Source: Haplodiscus bocki (Eukaryota). From it: a stretch of 64,000 bases of DNA. The first letter of the stretch is position 1. Every line of letters begins with the position of its first letter. The translations under genes and the position numbers were made by a program. Shown here one piece after another: positions 35,227-48,800 of this stretch. The notes under the pieces are model-generated. The model had not been told where the DNA came from. It worked only from the letters and a program-made list of their open reading frames with translations, and made no database searches. Where the stretch lies: NCBI GenBank assembly GCA_965655095.1, contig OZ296659.1, forward strand, positions 38,936,001-39,000,000, read 5' to 3'.

Positions 35227-37049
35227 CGCGGGAGCGAAGTCTCTGATTGGCTAAAATTCACCCGCGCGTGAGTTAAACCATTATTATTTCGCATATCCAT
35301 TAAGCTGTATGTGTCTTGGGGGAGGTGAAGCAGAAAAATCCAGTGGGTTAAGTCTTATCGTCTTTTCTTTCAATCACTTTCCGCTGGACGAAATTTTCCT
35401 GAAATTCTCTTTAGCTATTTCTCATAAAGATTCAGCGGCTTAAAAAGTATTGGATGTTGTCATCATTGTTTTCCGCAGGACTATCTCTGAACCCATGTAC
35501 TCTTGTCACGATTTGACGATTTTTGAAAAGCGCTTATATCTCAGCTCCCATGGTACCTAGCGGGATATTTTTTTTATATTAACTCGAGAACACTTAGGTT
35601 TAAATTTTGGCCGAAAAAAGTAACTTACTTTTCATTTTTTCGCCTTCATGGTTTATTTAGACGGAACAACGTTAAAAGTCGGAAACTTTCACTACTAAAT
35701 TGGTAATTTTGCAATTCAAGTACCTCCGAGCAGTGCCTTGCAGCTTTGTAAAGTGCATGAATGAGGTCTAAGAATTTACTACTGCTTCCAAGGGATTTTT
35801 CGGAAATTGCGAAAAATTTTCCGACAACTGAAAATTTGCCCGAAACTGGACTTTTTTTGTCCGAAAATCGCGCAATACTTGTCTTCGTAGCCCACTTAGC
35901 TCCAACCACTGGGCAATTTGGCGCCAATCCATTCACGAAACTTTGTTTCATCATCGAAGTTACATATCTGTTGAAATTTTGAGAAGATTACACTTTGCGA
36001 AGAACATTAACGGCCGAAAATCGTTGAAGAGTGAACTTATTTTTTAAATGCACCTGTTTCTCTAGCCAGTACCACTCGCCAGCGCGACCAGAGAGTCCCA
36101 TGACGTATATGGAATCGTATTTTCAAGGAGCTGTCCTTATCCATACAGCATGACATGGGGCAAGACACGGAGCTTTTGTAAAAAAAGGTTTTTTACCACA
36201 TTATATATTCACATTAGGTAAGGCTGGTGTATTTCAAGTATCATATCATCGTTCCATTCCATATTATGTCAGGTCCTTTTTGGGACCACTTCAGATGTGT
36301 CCAAGTTGCTGCTGTAGCAATCTTTTCTTCGAGTGTTTCTCCGACAAAGAATGGCTACAAAAGTGTATTTTTCAACTCGAAGTTGTTCCGGTTCTTTTTG
36401 AAGATTTAATGTTTTGGGTTTTTGCTGCCAGAGATCAGTAGCTGCAGAAGCGACGCTTTTTTGCAGAGCGTTTGGAATTTTTCGACTTTCTTATGGGTCT
36501 TTTTATTTTTCACTGGTGCTTCAAATTAAAACTCAAAAATTAATCAAATTCTTGGACATACTCAAGAATTTGCTTTAGTTTTTAAGTTTTAATTTAGGAG
36601 TTTAAAAAACTATATTCAAAATGCCCAAGACTTCTTCATTTTTGCTGTGATGTCTGCTTCTTTGTATTTTTTATTTAACAAAACGTCTTTTTTGAGAGAA
36701 AAGATTGATTTTGCTAAAAGATAAGCAGGAACATAACACTGCTATTGGTTAATGTTCAATAGAAATGGGTGGAGGCTTGATTTTGCTTCTATTCTTTTTC
36801 AGTTTTTGACCTTTTATTTGTTTTCGCCTAATATTGATTTTGGAAGGGGAAGTGTTTACTCGCCGCGTACGTTTCTTACGCAAACTTGCCAATCGCACGA
36901 TTCTTGCAAAATTGCTCAATTTTGAAATTGAAAGTTGTTCACCACCAAGTTTTAGAAAAGTTGCTGTAGAATACGGATAAAATGGCATTACTTTTGAAAA
37001 ATCTTCCTTTTGTACCATATCTCCTAGAGGATATCATTCATGTATCCGT

Positions 37050-40000
37050 TCTCTTAATATTGATAGAGCACGTGGAGAAATAATCATCAAAATGTTCTCC
37101 ATTGGGTCCTCATGACAAATTGCACTACCCCCGGTGGTGATGGTCTGTAACTTCGAGGATCACCTCGCTTGTAAAGGAGTGCCAAAAGAACTAACGCGAA
37201 TTTGTCGTTGGAAAAATGTTGAAGACACCATTCTGAGTCCAAACGGAGCATAGACAGAGCTCTCTAGACAACTCCTGAGAGCCGGGAACTCCAAGATGCC
37301 GATAGTGTCACTACAATATTTTGTGCACTGGCATCCCTGTTTCGAGAGAAAAACATTTGAATGACTTTGAAAGTGTACACAGGACCAACATCGGAAAATT
37401 AAGAACTGTTTCAACCAATTTGCCCATCGACTTAGAGACATTGTGTCTGCATGAGTTGGCTTATTCTTCTTTCGGTGCGGAACTTTCCAATTTTCCCATA
37501 AAGCTGACCCCTCTGAGCAACTTCCACTTAACTACATGAGACTGAAAGTTATCTGACTGCAGACGTGATATGGCTGCGCAGTACACGGGTTATAGATTGG
37601 GTCCAATCAAAGAAGCTGACAGCTTCGAAAAAACGTTGCCTTGGAAAGACAAGATTATCCTACGAAGGAATTGTATCGTTAGTAAGTGAAGCTGTTACCG
37701 AAAGGTATGTTTTGGTCTTTTTCTGGAGTGAACTGAGCCAGAAACGATCCCAGTTTGATTGTTACACTTTGACCAGATTAAGTAAACGGAGATCATGAAT
37801 AGACGTGTCAGAATTGCCAATGTCAACAACTTATTGCATGACCTACTGAAGAAAAGTTTTTATTTGCCATGGTAAGAGCTTAAGAACACTCGCAACATCA
37901 GTGTCACGAAAATAGGCTGTCAGGCGCAGATTGGATATAGATGAAATTGTCATTCTGCTCGGATGGACTTGGGCCCGCCAAATTTATCAGAACACAGCGA
38001 ATGTCTGACAATGAGATGGCAAAGTAGGAACAGTAAAACTTAGCTGGAATATTTGCTATACGTGCCGCTTACACCAAAGATGGCTGGTTTAGAGGACCTG
38101 TGCGAATCGTGGCTACTTCAGGTTTACTGGATTGTTACTTGTCTTTTATGCTGTCTGTTTGCTAGACATCATCGCCTCATCTTTGATCTCCGGATGAAGC
38201 TCTTCGACGAACAAAGTAAAACGGATGGAGACATTCGACAACGATGTCAGGAAACTGATCAACTAATCGGCTATTGGGCATATCTTACAATGCTTTACAC
38301 CTCAAGACTGCTCGACACTGCTAAGTCAGGAGCTCCCGACGAGGCTATTCCAGGATTTCTGGTGCCCTTTTTGAAGGTTGACTTAACGAACGTCTACGCG
38401 TAGGACCTCATTATGACTTTAGTGCCAGTGATGTTGAGCATATTCAGCGCTAGAGCATCCTTGAGGTTCCTCACAAGACTCGTGAGTTCAGCAATACGAC
38501 AGAAAAAGTGCAACCTTTTTGTTCTTTGTTCAAAACAGGAAGACACGTAAAAGGGAATATCGCTGGGTGAAAGTTAGATTGACAGCCGTATTAACTATTG
38601 CAAAACCGTTGAGACTATCTAGCTAGAAAGAAAAAGAAAATCATGTTCGACACCAAAAAGACTGATACTCTGCCGAACTACACGATCGTTTAATGGATCA
38701 ATGGATCCTTCGAGATCTTAGGCGGCATGTATCGATCAACCGCGGAAACCAACGAGGAAATCAAATGCACGTTAACTCAAAACCAGTGGATATACCGAGC
38801 CTTCCCAGCTGGTCAATTGCTGCTGATTGATTTGTCATGCAGGAGCTACAGACAAATCCTGCATGAAGGGTGGGGACCAGAGAACATACAACTTGCTCGT
38901 AGGGCAAGAAAAATTTGAAATACCCCCGTTTCAGATACGGAATAAGTAATTCTAACTTTCACAGATTCAGTTTTTTTAACATTTTAAACCAAATAGTGAC
39001 AGGAAAATGGATCACAGGCAATCGATTTATTGAAAAGTTTTGAACAGAGCTCAGAAATGAATATAACGCTGGAGAATGCGGAAAGAGAAACGAGAAATTT
39101 AAGAAACAAAAGAGAGAAAGAAGCGTCACCTGTCCAAATGAAAATACTAAGTTCATAATTACAGTGAATGATTCAACGATGGGGTGTTTTTTTTGCAATG
39201 GTTGCAGCCTCTCATAATGCCCAAGGATGAACAATCTGATTGCCGAGACCAACACAACCAGCTGATCGTTCAATCAGCTCAAATTGTAAGGTTTCTCGAT
39301 ATGACTGCTCTACCCAGTCCGAATCCCCACCATCATCCAATAGTCAAATTCCGCCACCTACCTCGCTCTGAAAAGAATAACAACACCCGTAGCCATTTCC
39401 TCACCAGCTTCGCTGCACCATCCGGAAGCTGACGACCGACATCAACCATCCTCCCTGTGGACGAGGGCATCCGCGTATAGCCCGGGATCTGATGCAATGG
39501 AAACCTTGTGGCTAGGTGGAACATTGATGTTTGGATGGAAAGTCTAGATGAAACTTTCGAAGTCCGACATTTAGTACGTTTATAAAAATTAAAAAGCGTG
39601 TAAAACAGACCCGCGCCCTTTTCCTTTTGAGCAAACCCGAGTTATAAAGCAAGAAGATCTTCGTATAGAAAGACCAGAAAACTCGAATCTAATCCCTTTT
39701 GTTTAGAATGTGGGCATTAGTTATTATAGGAATTGTTCCCCGCGAAGATCAGTTTTCGGCCCTTGGTAGAATTTTACCAACGATCAGGGTTGCGCAGACA
39801 GTCGTTTTGCTTTGCAGCTTTAGGTTTTCAGGAGCAGTAGGCTAGGCCGAATTGTTGTGAGATGCCGCCAATCCTCAGAATTGTTTTCTTCCCTGTCCAC
39901 ATCCAATCACGTAAAACGGGACATCAAATTTCTGAATATGGGAGAGCAGGATTTTCCTTGTTCCAGCACTAAATCATTTGTTATCCAACATTATGCTGAC

Positions 40001-40200
40001 GAATCCTGCGGAAAGGAAAGCATCCGTTACAAGAGGAGTGTGGCCGCTTGGAAGAGTCGAAAAGACGAACATCAGACCTGGCGGCATTGCCGTCTTGTTC
40101 ACGGAAAATTGCTCTAAAAATCGTAGAGAGACCAAGCATAAGGTTAGCCCAGGTTTTGCCTGAAGCGTAACTTATTTCTTTGGGAAGGGGGGGTTGTTCC
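37050..40200 (+). mobile_element. Highly decayed BEL/Pao LTR retrotransposon relic(s)
   Basis: RGVWPLGRVEKTNIRPGG (Pao C-terminal WPLGRI motif, ORF 39978-40163) followed by PPT GGGAAGGGGGGG (40182-40193) and TG. Scattered LND..GP and GxDxxGP-like remnants lie upstream. Boundaries are approximate. Confidence 0.5.
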
Positions 40201-42612
40201 GTTCATGATTATTAACTTACTTTCATGCCTTAATTTGGTTTTGATTTGTTTGTTCACAAGTTATGTTTATTGCGGTTAAATATATTAGACTTCTTGAAAT
40301 ATAATAGGCTGCTTGTAGCAAAAGATAATGAAAATTGATGCAAGACCTGCCGCATTAAAAAAACAAAAACTACTCAAGATTTTTTTAAAACCAGAAACTG
40401 CCTTTTAGATGTTTTTCATTTCATGCAAGAAAACATCACAAAAATTCAGTGAAATGGTAACACCACAAACTTTCGTGAACTCTGAACATTTTTTGTACTT
40501 GGTTGAAAATTTCCGATTTTTGCCGCTATAATTAAAATGAAAAACATGTTGTAGTGTTATCTCAAGTCTTATTGGCATGTTTGTAATTTAATTGTTCATT
40601 ATCGATATTGCACAGCAAGAAAGATTGAAAAGTCAAATGAATGTGGGGTAAACTGAAGGTGGGGTGCATTGATTCGAAACCGATAAAAACTTTTCAATTT
40701 GAAAGTGAAAAAGACACCGGGATATTTTCCGCCCCCCAATTTTGTTAAAAATGCGTTTTTAGGAAAATAACATTTCTTTACTCGTTCTGTTATATGGGCC
40801 ATTTTTCCCAATTTCAAAAAATATTACCATTTTATCCAAATTGTACATCATATTTGCTTTTTCCCTAAATTAAAAAATTTCGTTTTCTTTTCAAAAAACC
40901 AATTTTTTACTTTAAAAAACCCTATTTTCGTACGTTCTTAAGAAATCCTACTACTTCGTTCGTATTCTACTGCAAATTTGCTTTACTTCTCATTAAAAAT
41001 TATCAAACTCAATAGCTCATAAATTGGCTAGTAAACGTTAAAAGCTTGCACACGTTAAGTGGAAAACAATAAGGCAAGAATTCTCTGTACCCATTGCATG
41101 GAATTTTGGTTTTCTGGATAAGATCTCAAAATTTAGTCGATTATCTTGCATTACTTGCCAACATCATGGATTTCATAAATTTTCATGTATTTCTTCCCAA
41201 GACTATTTTTCGATTTTTTGGTGATCTGATAATAAATGATTTCTTGACCTTGTAAAGCTGCTGAATAGAAATCCGAATCTCCATTTGAGGTCTTATCGCC
41301 GGACGCAACTTTTTAATTACACGGAAAATGAAACTTTTTAACAATTAGAATTTTATTGACAAATTCAACTTAATTTGAAAATGAAATTCATTTGAAGCGC
41401 CAAAGTTGAGAAAATTTCATTTGTCGAATGGATTATGAAACTTTGATATGAAAATTTATTAATGCAATTTGATTCAATGTAAAAGACTGCGATATTGGCG
41501 ATTCTATTATAAAATAAATTTCCATTTGTTCTTCGATAATTATTTGAGCTGGCATCGTTTTCGAATTTTTTCGCCACATTCCACACATGGTAATGAACTG
41601 GTCGAGATTGACCATTCCGTTGTATTTGCCACTCTCGGCTAAATCGATGATTCTGAGCACGTCTTCGATTCCGTTCCTATCTTATTCACGATTGTCAGCT
41701 GCGCTTGTTGCAAGTCGCCCATCGTGATGAAGTGAAACAGGAAATTCGCACATCTATGTTCTTTATCTTCTCCACAAGCTCCTTCAGACGACTCAACTGA
41801 AACACATGGTTAAAGTGTACAAAACATCGAATTTCCTTTGTAAATAAAACATACAAGAATTATTTGATTCTAAAGAAGGCAGTATTCATACTTGACTAAT
41901 GAAAGATATGGATATTAAAATTTAACGCATTCTAATTTTCACAGATATTTGATAAAGATGTTGCAACATAGTTTAATTAATAGGCACGGGTTTGACGTGA
42001 GCTTAAAAGTTCGAAATAGTTACAGTTTGAGGGATAAAAACAGTCATTTTTGGTGACAAGCCATTGAAATGGGTGCTTATATTGGTCGATACATACGTAT
42101 TTTTTTGAAAAAATGGAGAACATTTTCTCAAAAACCATAACATAGATTGGTGGTAAATCAGCATCCAAGAATTTCAACGTTAAAAAATTGAAAATTGCCG
42201 ATTTTCAAACCTTGCTTCTGCTTTTAGTTTCAATTTTGGAAAAACTGCCGAAATACTCGAAAGTTATTTCTTTTGCCGATGTTATCCATAAATATGTTGG
42301 ATTTGACCCTTTTTTGTTAGAACCGGGACTTTCTCGAAAAAAAAATGTATTTTCCACTTGAAACAGCAAAATAGCAACTGTAAGGTGTTCTAACAATTTT
42401 GTGTAGTAACCTCGAAAAGATTAGCCAGACTAAATTCGTCCAATATAGCATACTGAACAAAGTAGCGTTTAATTGAAACTACTTTCTGAGACAAATTGAA
42501 GTTTTTCGTGCTTTTGAAATGCTCATATGACACTGTTTGCAGAGCTATGAGATAGTTTACCTGACTAGCTAATACAATAATGATTTATTCGAAATTATTT
42601 TATAGTTTGCTG

Positions 42613-42882
42613 TGCGAGCCGTGGCCTAGTGGTTAAGACTTGTACTAAAGCAAGTCTGCTTGACGTTCATTGAATATAGTCAGCTTCAATCGTCTCGAAA
42701 GTATCTCAAAAAAAATTAAAAAATGAAAAAAAACTTGAAAAAAAAACAAAAAAATAAAAAAAAACAAAAAAAATAAAAAAATTTAAAAAAAAATCAAAAA
42801 AATTTAAAAAACAAAAAAACTGAGAAATTAAAAAAAAACAAAAAAAATAAAAAATGAAAAAACAAAAAAAATTTAAAAAACT
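42613..42882 (+). repeat. Possible SINE: tRNA-like A-box head plus long A-rich tract
   Basis: GCCGTGGCCTAGTGGTTAAG (A-box) at ~42617-42636 and A-rich low-complexity sequence at 42708-42882. Confidence 0.4.
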
Positions 42883-45800
42883 TCAAAGATACCGAGAGTC
42901 GAAATGAAACTAAATCTGACAAGAACTACCACAACGAATGCCAACTCGACACTCGCACATTCTTCTTTTAAGCCAGTTACACGAGTTCGAGACTACATGC
43001 AAACAATTGTACAAGAAAGTTGAAGACGGCAAAATCGCTCATAATCATGAATCAACTCGATATTTTTAGAAAAAAAACTTTTTATGAAATTCCGTAGACA
43101 AAAGTTTCTCAAACTTCAACGCAAAATTCAAACATATGTCAAGAAATTGAAAACTGATGATTATATTACAAGGTACAGCCTTTAATTTCAGGAATTTTCC
43201 CGGCATTCGCGGTAAGAAATGGTCACGGACTTAGATAATCAAAAAAAATTAGAGCTCCAACTCTCAGTCGAAATTTTTGATGCCAACATTTTGTGTTGAA
43301 AGCTCTCGCAAAAAGTTAGGGCGAATTTATGGGGGCGAACTCTTGCAAATATTAAAATACTGGATCAGAAAGCTACACTATCCCAAAGCCTTTAATCACA
43401 TTCTACGACAACTCAAATAGAGTACACTTTCTGTCAAATAGTAAATCAGCGTTACATTTCTGCCATGTAAGTCTTTAGGAAAAAAGTCCGTCAAACTCAA
43501 GTCCCAAAATATCAGGATGAACAACACAGTTTACAGCGTGAGAGTTTCAGTGAGATAAATTTCTTGGAAAAAGTTTTTCTTTACTAATGTTTCATTTGCA
43601 TTCATTGCGATGATTTATTTTTATACCGGAAGTTAAAATTATAAGTTTTGACAAGTTCTTACCAATTTAGACTTTTAGACTTTCCATTTTCAAATTTTGA
43701 CGGATAAAAGACGCGATAATTTGTAAACTCAAAAGGTGAAATCGACAGCACCCAGTGATATGATTCTATTTCAGTTGCTGGCAGACCAATTCTCTCAAGA
43801 AAAACACTTCCAGCGATCCAGGCGAGAGAAAACAACTTTGATTTTTGTTTCTAGTAATCCCTTGATTAACTGTCATTCGATTAACAGCCAAGCACCCTTA
43901 CTCTACTGCCATAATTCATCTTGCACCATTTTGTCTAAGTGTAAATAGCCACCGTACTCGATTACCCCCAGTGGAATTGATCCGTTTTGACCCAAGATAA
44001 ATCACCACCACATTTTTGAAAACTTCTGACGCGAACCTCAAATGTTTTGAACTAACTCAGAGATTTCGTAATTTCACGGAAGTATGAAACTATTTTCGCC
44101 ATATGTTTTGGCTTCAAAAAAACAATGTGCCAAACCGGTGTTAAAATGTCGTTGCTTGGCAAAACGATTCGATGCTGTTTTTTTTGAAAAAAATTGCGAA
44201 CGGTTTACTGTTGAATATTAAATACTCAACTCTCCTTGCACCACCGCCCTCACTCAAGTTGTACGACTGATGGCGAAAAATCAAGGGATTACTGTGCAAT
44301 TTACCATTTTTTTCGTATTGGAAGTACAAAATAGACCAATCTAACCAATTAGCATTAACTCGCCGCCACGAAGTGGAGAAAGAGTCTAAGATGAACGCAA
44401 TCCGGTGTTTAGTCAGAAAGAAAAACAATAATACTTAGCGAACAAGGCATGTAAAACTATAATTGATTTTTTATTCACATGTCCAGTTTATTGGCAATAA
44501 ATTTTTCAAATAGAGCCGCAAGCTAGGCAACGAGTAGTTGAATGAGCCTAGGTCGGAAGCGATTTATCCGCTGGTCGTTACGAAAAAACTTCAAGGAAAA
44601 GCGCCAGTTAAAACTTTTACTTTTCAATATCAAAACGTTTTTCGGAGAAACGTAAAACAACTCAAAGTGGCGAATAAACGAATGAGTGCTAGATGAGGCC
44701 ACTCTACCACTGATGATTCAGGGAAACAATTTTGATAAGCAGTTGAGAAAAACTATCTTTTTAATTTACAAATCAAGATTTTCGCGCAGAAAAACTCAAT
44801 AGAATTCCATTTGAAGAACACTGCTGAGTTTTCTCATTTCAGAGAATTGAGTCAGTGCTGGATAAGCCGAATTCAATCAATGATGATAGAGGAAAACAAT
44901 TTTAACGGAGGAGTCAAGGAAGGGCATGATTTATTTCCTAGTTACAAGTGGGATTTTTCTCAAAGAACCTTTAAAGTAGACGTTAACTGCTTTTCCAGAT
45001 GAACACTAGATTTCGAATTTTGCTTCAGCGCTGGATAGACTCATTCCGTTGACCAGCAAGTGAGAAAAATGTTTTGACAGACACTGAAAAAAAACATCAT
45101 TGATTTTTCTACCAGGAGTCGAAAATTCTCGTGGTACATTTCCAAAGCTGTTCGGCAAAAAAATGGACCAAGATTAGTTGATTCAGCAATAAAGGGGGCC
45201 AATTTGATGAATAGTTTGTGTGTGAGGAAAACAGTCTCAATGAAAAAGTTGTTACATTTTTGGATTACAAGTCAAAAGTTTTGGCACCACAGCCTGAAAA
45301 TAGGCCATCCAAGTTTCTGAACAGTGCCAGTAGCCACAAGCATTGGGTAGTAACAGCGGCGTTAGCTGATTTCTATCTCACGGCTAATCATTGAGAAAAA
45401 AGTTCTGGCGAACAAAGCCAGTGAAAACATCATTTAGCATCCAATTACCAGTAGTGATTTTTTGAGGAAAAGGGAAGAAAAACGCAATCCAATTGATTAA
45501 ACAACTTTGCCAACCAATCAGTTTCTATAAAATAATAAAAGCTTTGCAATACGATTGATGTTTTTCAAGAAGCACATTTTTGTAAACGTACAAAAACTTC
45601 AATTTAGAAACAAACGCGCCTATAGTATACGATTAATTGAGAAATATTGGTAATCCTGTAAGCGCGGATGGTGCAATCGGTAGACGGAACTCCTTCGAAT
45701 TCAACAGGTTGCATTTTGGATTCCCATGCCAAATGAGAAGTTTTGTCAGAACAATTGGCTGTATCGAATAAACGAAAAAATGTGAATACAAGGGCAATGC

Positions 45801-48800
45801 TGCTGGTCTCAATGATTTGCGAGAAGGTGGAAATGGCTTCGACTAAATACTGATAGTAGGAATTTTTCATAGAATATTTGGATTCTCACAGGAAACTTTT
45901 TGCTCTGAAACACACGAAAACGGAGCTAGAGCATTACAGTAGCTATCCAACTTACGAAGATTCAAGATAGGCATTTAATTGCAGCAAAGCACTCCTTCTT
46001 TGCCGGACAAACGTTCGGAGAGGCAACCGCGAGAGTTCTCGAAACTCATGGGAAACCACAAAGAAACAGGACATCACATCAGTGAAGCGTCACAGATGGT
46101 CTTTTTTCGGGCTTTTGAAATAGGATTAAATGGTGGAAACCCGCCGAATAGTCTTCGAGAAGTGCTCTGGTCGAAAACCGCAATAGTTTTCCGAAATGAT
46201 ATTAAGTCGCAATAATTAGCGTTGAAAAACAAAACTTGACATGCTTTCTATTATCCACAGATTCTCCATTCTGCGGACTTTTGACGGAGCAATAGATGGC
46301 TGCAATCTGTCCGGTAGTTTCCAGGAGAAAACAATTTTAGAAAAAGACGCTACCAATTTTCCAAGTTGAATTTCTGTATGAAAATGGAACTCTTCGCCTC
46401 TTTATGCATTAAATAGGTTTTTTACTGAGCAGTAGGTGAATGGATTTCGAGGAAAAAATGTCGAAGAAGGATAAATGAGAAGAGATACTGCAATCAAAAA
46501 TCAGTAATTTACCGACAGTAACTTCAAATAGATTGGCTGCACGGTGCACTGGTTTATCGACATTTATCCGCCCTGCTTGCGAAGCAGGCTAAGCAAACAA
46601 TCAAAGTCGATTTCCACTATAGTTCTAGTAAATAGTTGAAACGAGTTGGGATGGGAACGGTACGAAAGAGTCCCTCACGATCCTTTTCCTTAAAGTCCCT
46701 GACAGTGCTCTTCTTTAAATGCTGCTTGACCGGACTGTAACACTCATGCAAAGCTGGGCTTTACAAAGACTTCGGAAACCAAACATCAGGGAGAGGTTTT
46801 AAGAATTGCAACTCTTCTTCTTTCTTTTGCCAAAAGCGCGTGTGAAAAATTCATTTACTTTCTGACTACAAGGTGAGATCTTTCTTGTAAATTGATACAA
46901 TGTAACATCGTAGCAAAAACTGGAAAACTTCTAGATACCTTCATACTTGTTGAAAATGTGTTAGTATGTTGACGAATTTCGACCAATGTTTTTCAAATCG
47001 CTTGAGACGAAAGCTCCAAAATAAAACATCTTTCATTTTCCAAGTGCAACTACCGATGTAGTTTTATGGAGAAAAGTGCAGAGAGAGTCGCTTTCTCACT
47101 TTATAGATACTCTAGGCAATGAAAAGTCGAATTATCGCTGCGACGACCCAGCCGAACCATGAACGAGGCAAGCTGAAACATCTTTACTTTTTCCAACTCA
47201 AGTCCAAAGTTATAGCAATGTTTTTTTTCTAATCTAGAAAGATTAGAAAAAAAACATCCAAACGACGCAGGAAAAGCTGTAGGTATCGGAAAATTGAATG
47301 AGGGACCCAATCTACCCTTCAGTGGTTGAGAAAAACAGATGCAGCGAAAAGCTCAAGTCGGGACATTTTTTTTTCGGATTACGGATCAAAATTATTTGGC
47401 AGTAAAATCAAACAGGCCAAGAATGTCCAGAATGAGCGCCGCTAGAAAGGCTCAAAATACTTGTGGAGGAAGCGGTGATGTTTTGACTCGCATTGTTTTC
47501 TTTTCAAAAAGAAAATCAGTATAACGAAGGGAAGTGTGCTACCACCAGTGTTTCCACAGTGCGCCCGAAGTTGGTGAAATGGCAGATAATTGAGGGACAA
47601 ACTGAGTTGCGGATATTCGTCAGATTGATGGGTGGTATCAGAAAACATTTTGATTTATTCAAAGGGGGTTTCACGATATTTTTCTGCATTAGTGTATCCC
47701 GAGCTCTTCCGGTATACACCAAATTTGGTGTATTTGGATCATCCGACATTGTCTGAAAAAACAGTTTTGGCATAAATTTCAAAAACGGAGCTATGTCCAA
47801 ATTGGCTTAGTTAGGTGTTTGCTATGTCGTCTTCTCAGGAAGAAACTACAGTACTAGTAGTCGGCTTTTTTCTACAAAACTATAGCGCCGACTGGAACTA
47901 CACCATTCAAGCTATTGAGCGGGAGCCCTAGGCAGCGAGTACTTGGAGCATTGCTGGACACTTTGGGGTAAGTGCTGATTGAGACAATTGAGTTTCGATG
48001 AAGTAATCCAGTTAGAAACAAGCTGCTCGAATATCGAAACAAAAGAAAAAAATAATTTTGTGAGGTTACCAAATGAGAAACTATCAAACAATGGTGCAAG
48101 GAGACTCGCTTCTGCTTCCGCAAAGTACTTCCTAACAATAAATCTTGAAACCACTGCTAAAGTGGAGATTAGTAACACTAGGGTGCGCATTTTCAACCTA
48201 ATTGATTCATTTGAGGCTTGAAAATGGATTTTGAAACGAAAGCGTTTTGTCAGAAAATATGACAAAACTGGTAATTTAGGCTTGCCACATATATTTCTGT
48301 AAAATTTAGAAAAATTGACAGAGTTGGCGAAAGGCATGTGTCTTATTGTGATTGATTTGCAGCGAAAGAGATTATTTCAAGGCAGAGCATGAATTCCGGA
48401 AAACCTGCAAAACCACTAACTTTTGGTCTTAAGAGCAATAAAAAAATCTCTGTTTTGAGAGACTCACAAAGATCTACTTAATTAGGGAGAAAGGACTGTT
48501 TGTTGATTTCATACTTTTTACTTGCAAGCAAGTCGACCTAGATAATGAAAGTGCAAAAAACGCGGAAGAGTAGAGAAGTCAGCAAGTATAACTTACTTTA
48601 AGGCAATAAATTACACCGATTTTGGGTGAGAGTATCAAACTTCCGCCGAATTTCGCACAAACTCTGCTGTTTCTTTTCGTTCTGATTTGTAGCTAAAAGC
48701 TGAATTGGAAAGCTGAAGAGCAAAAATTCCACAGAAAAATTTAACTTTAGATAATTTTTTGACTAACTTTAAGGGCATTAACACTACCATTTCGGACAAA

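Noticed and set aside
34586-35300. ORFs with poly-VL, HQ, GV or TN repeats
   Set aside because: Artefacts of the N gap and the (ACCAAC)n microsatellite.
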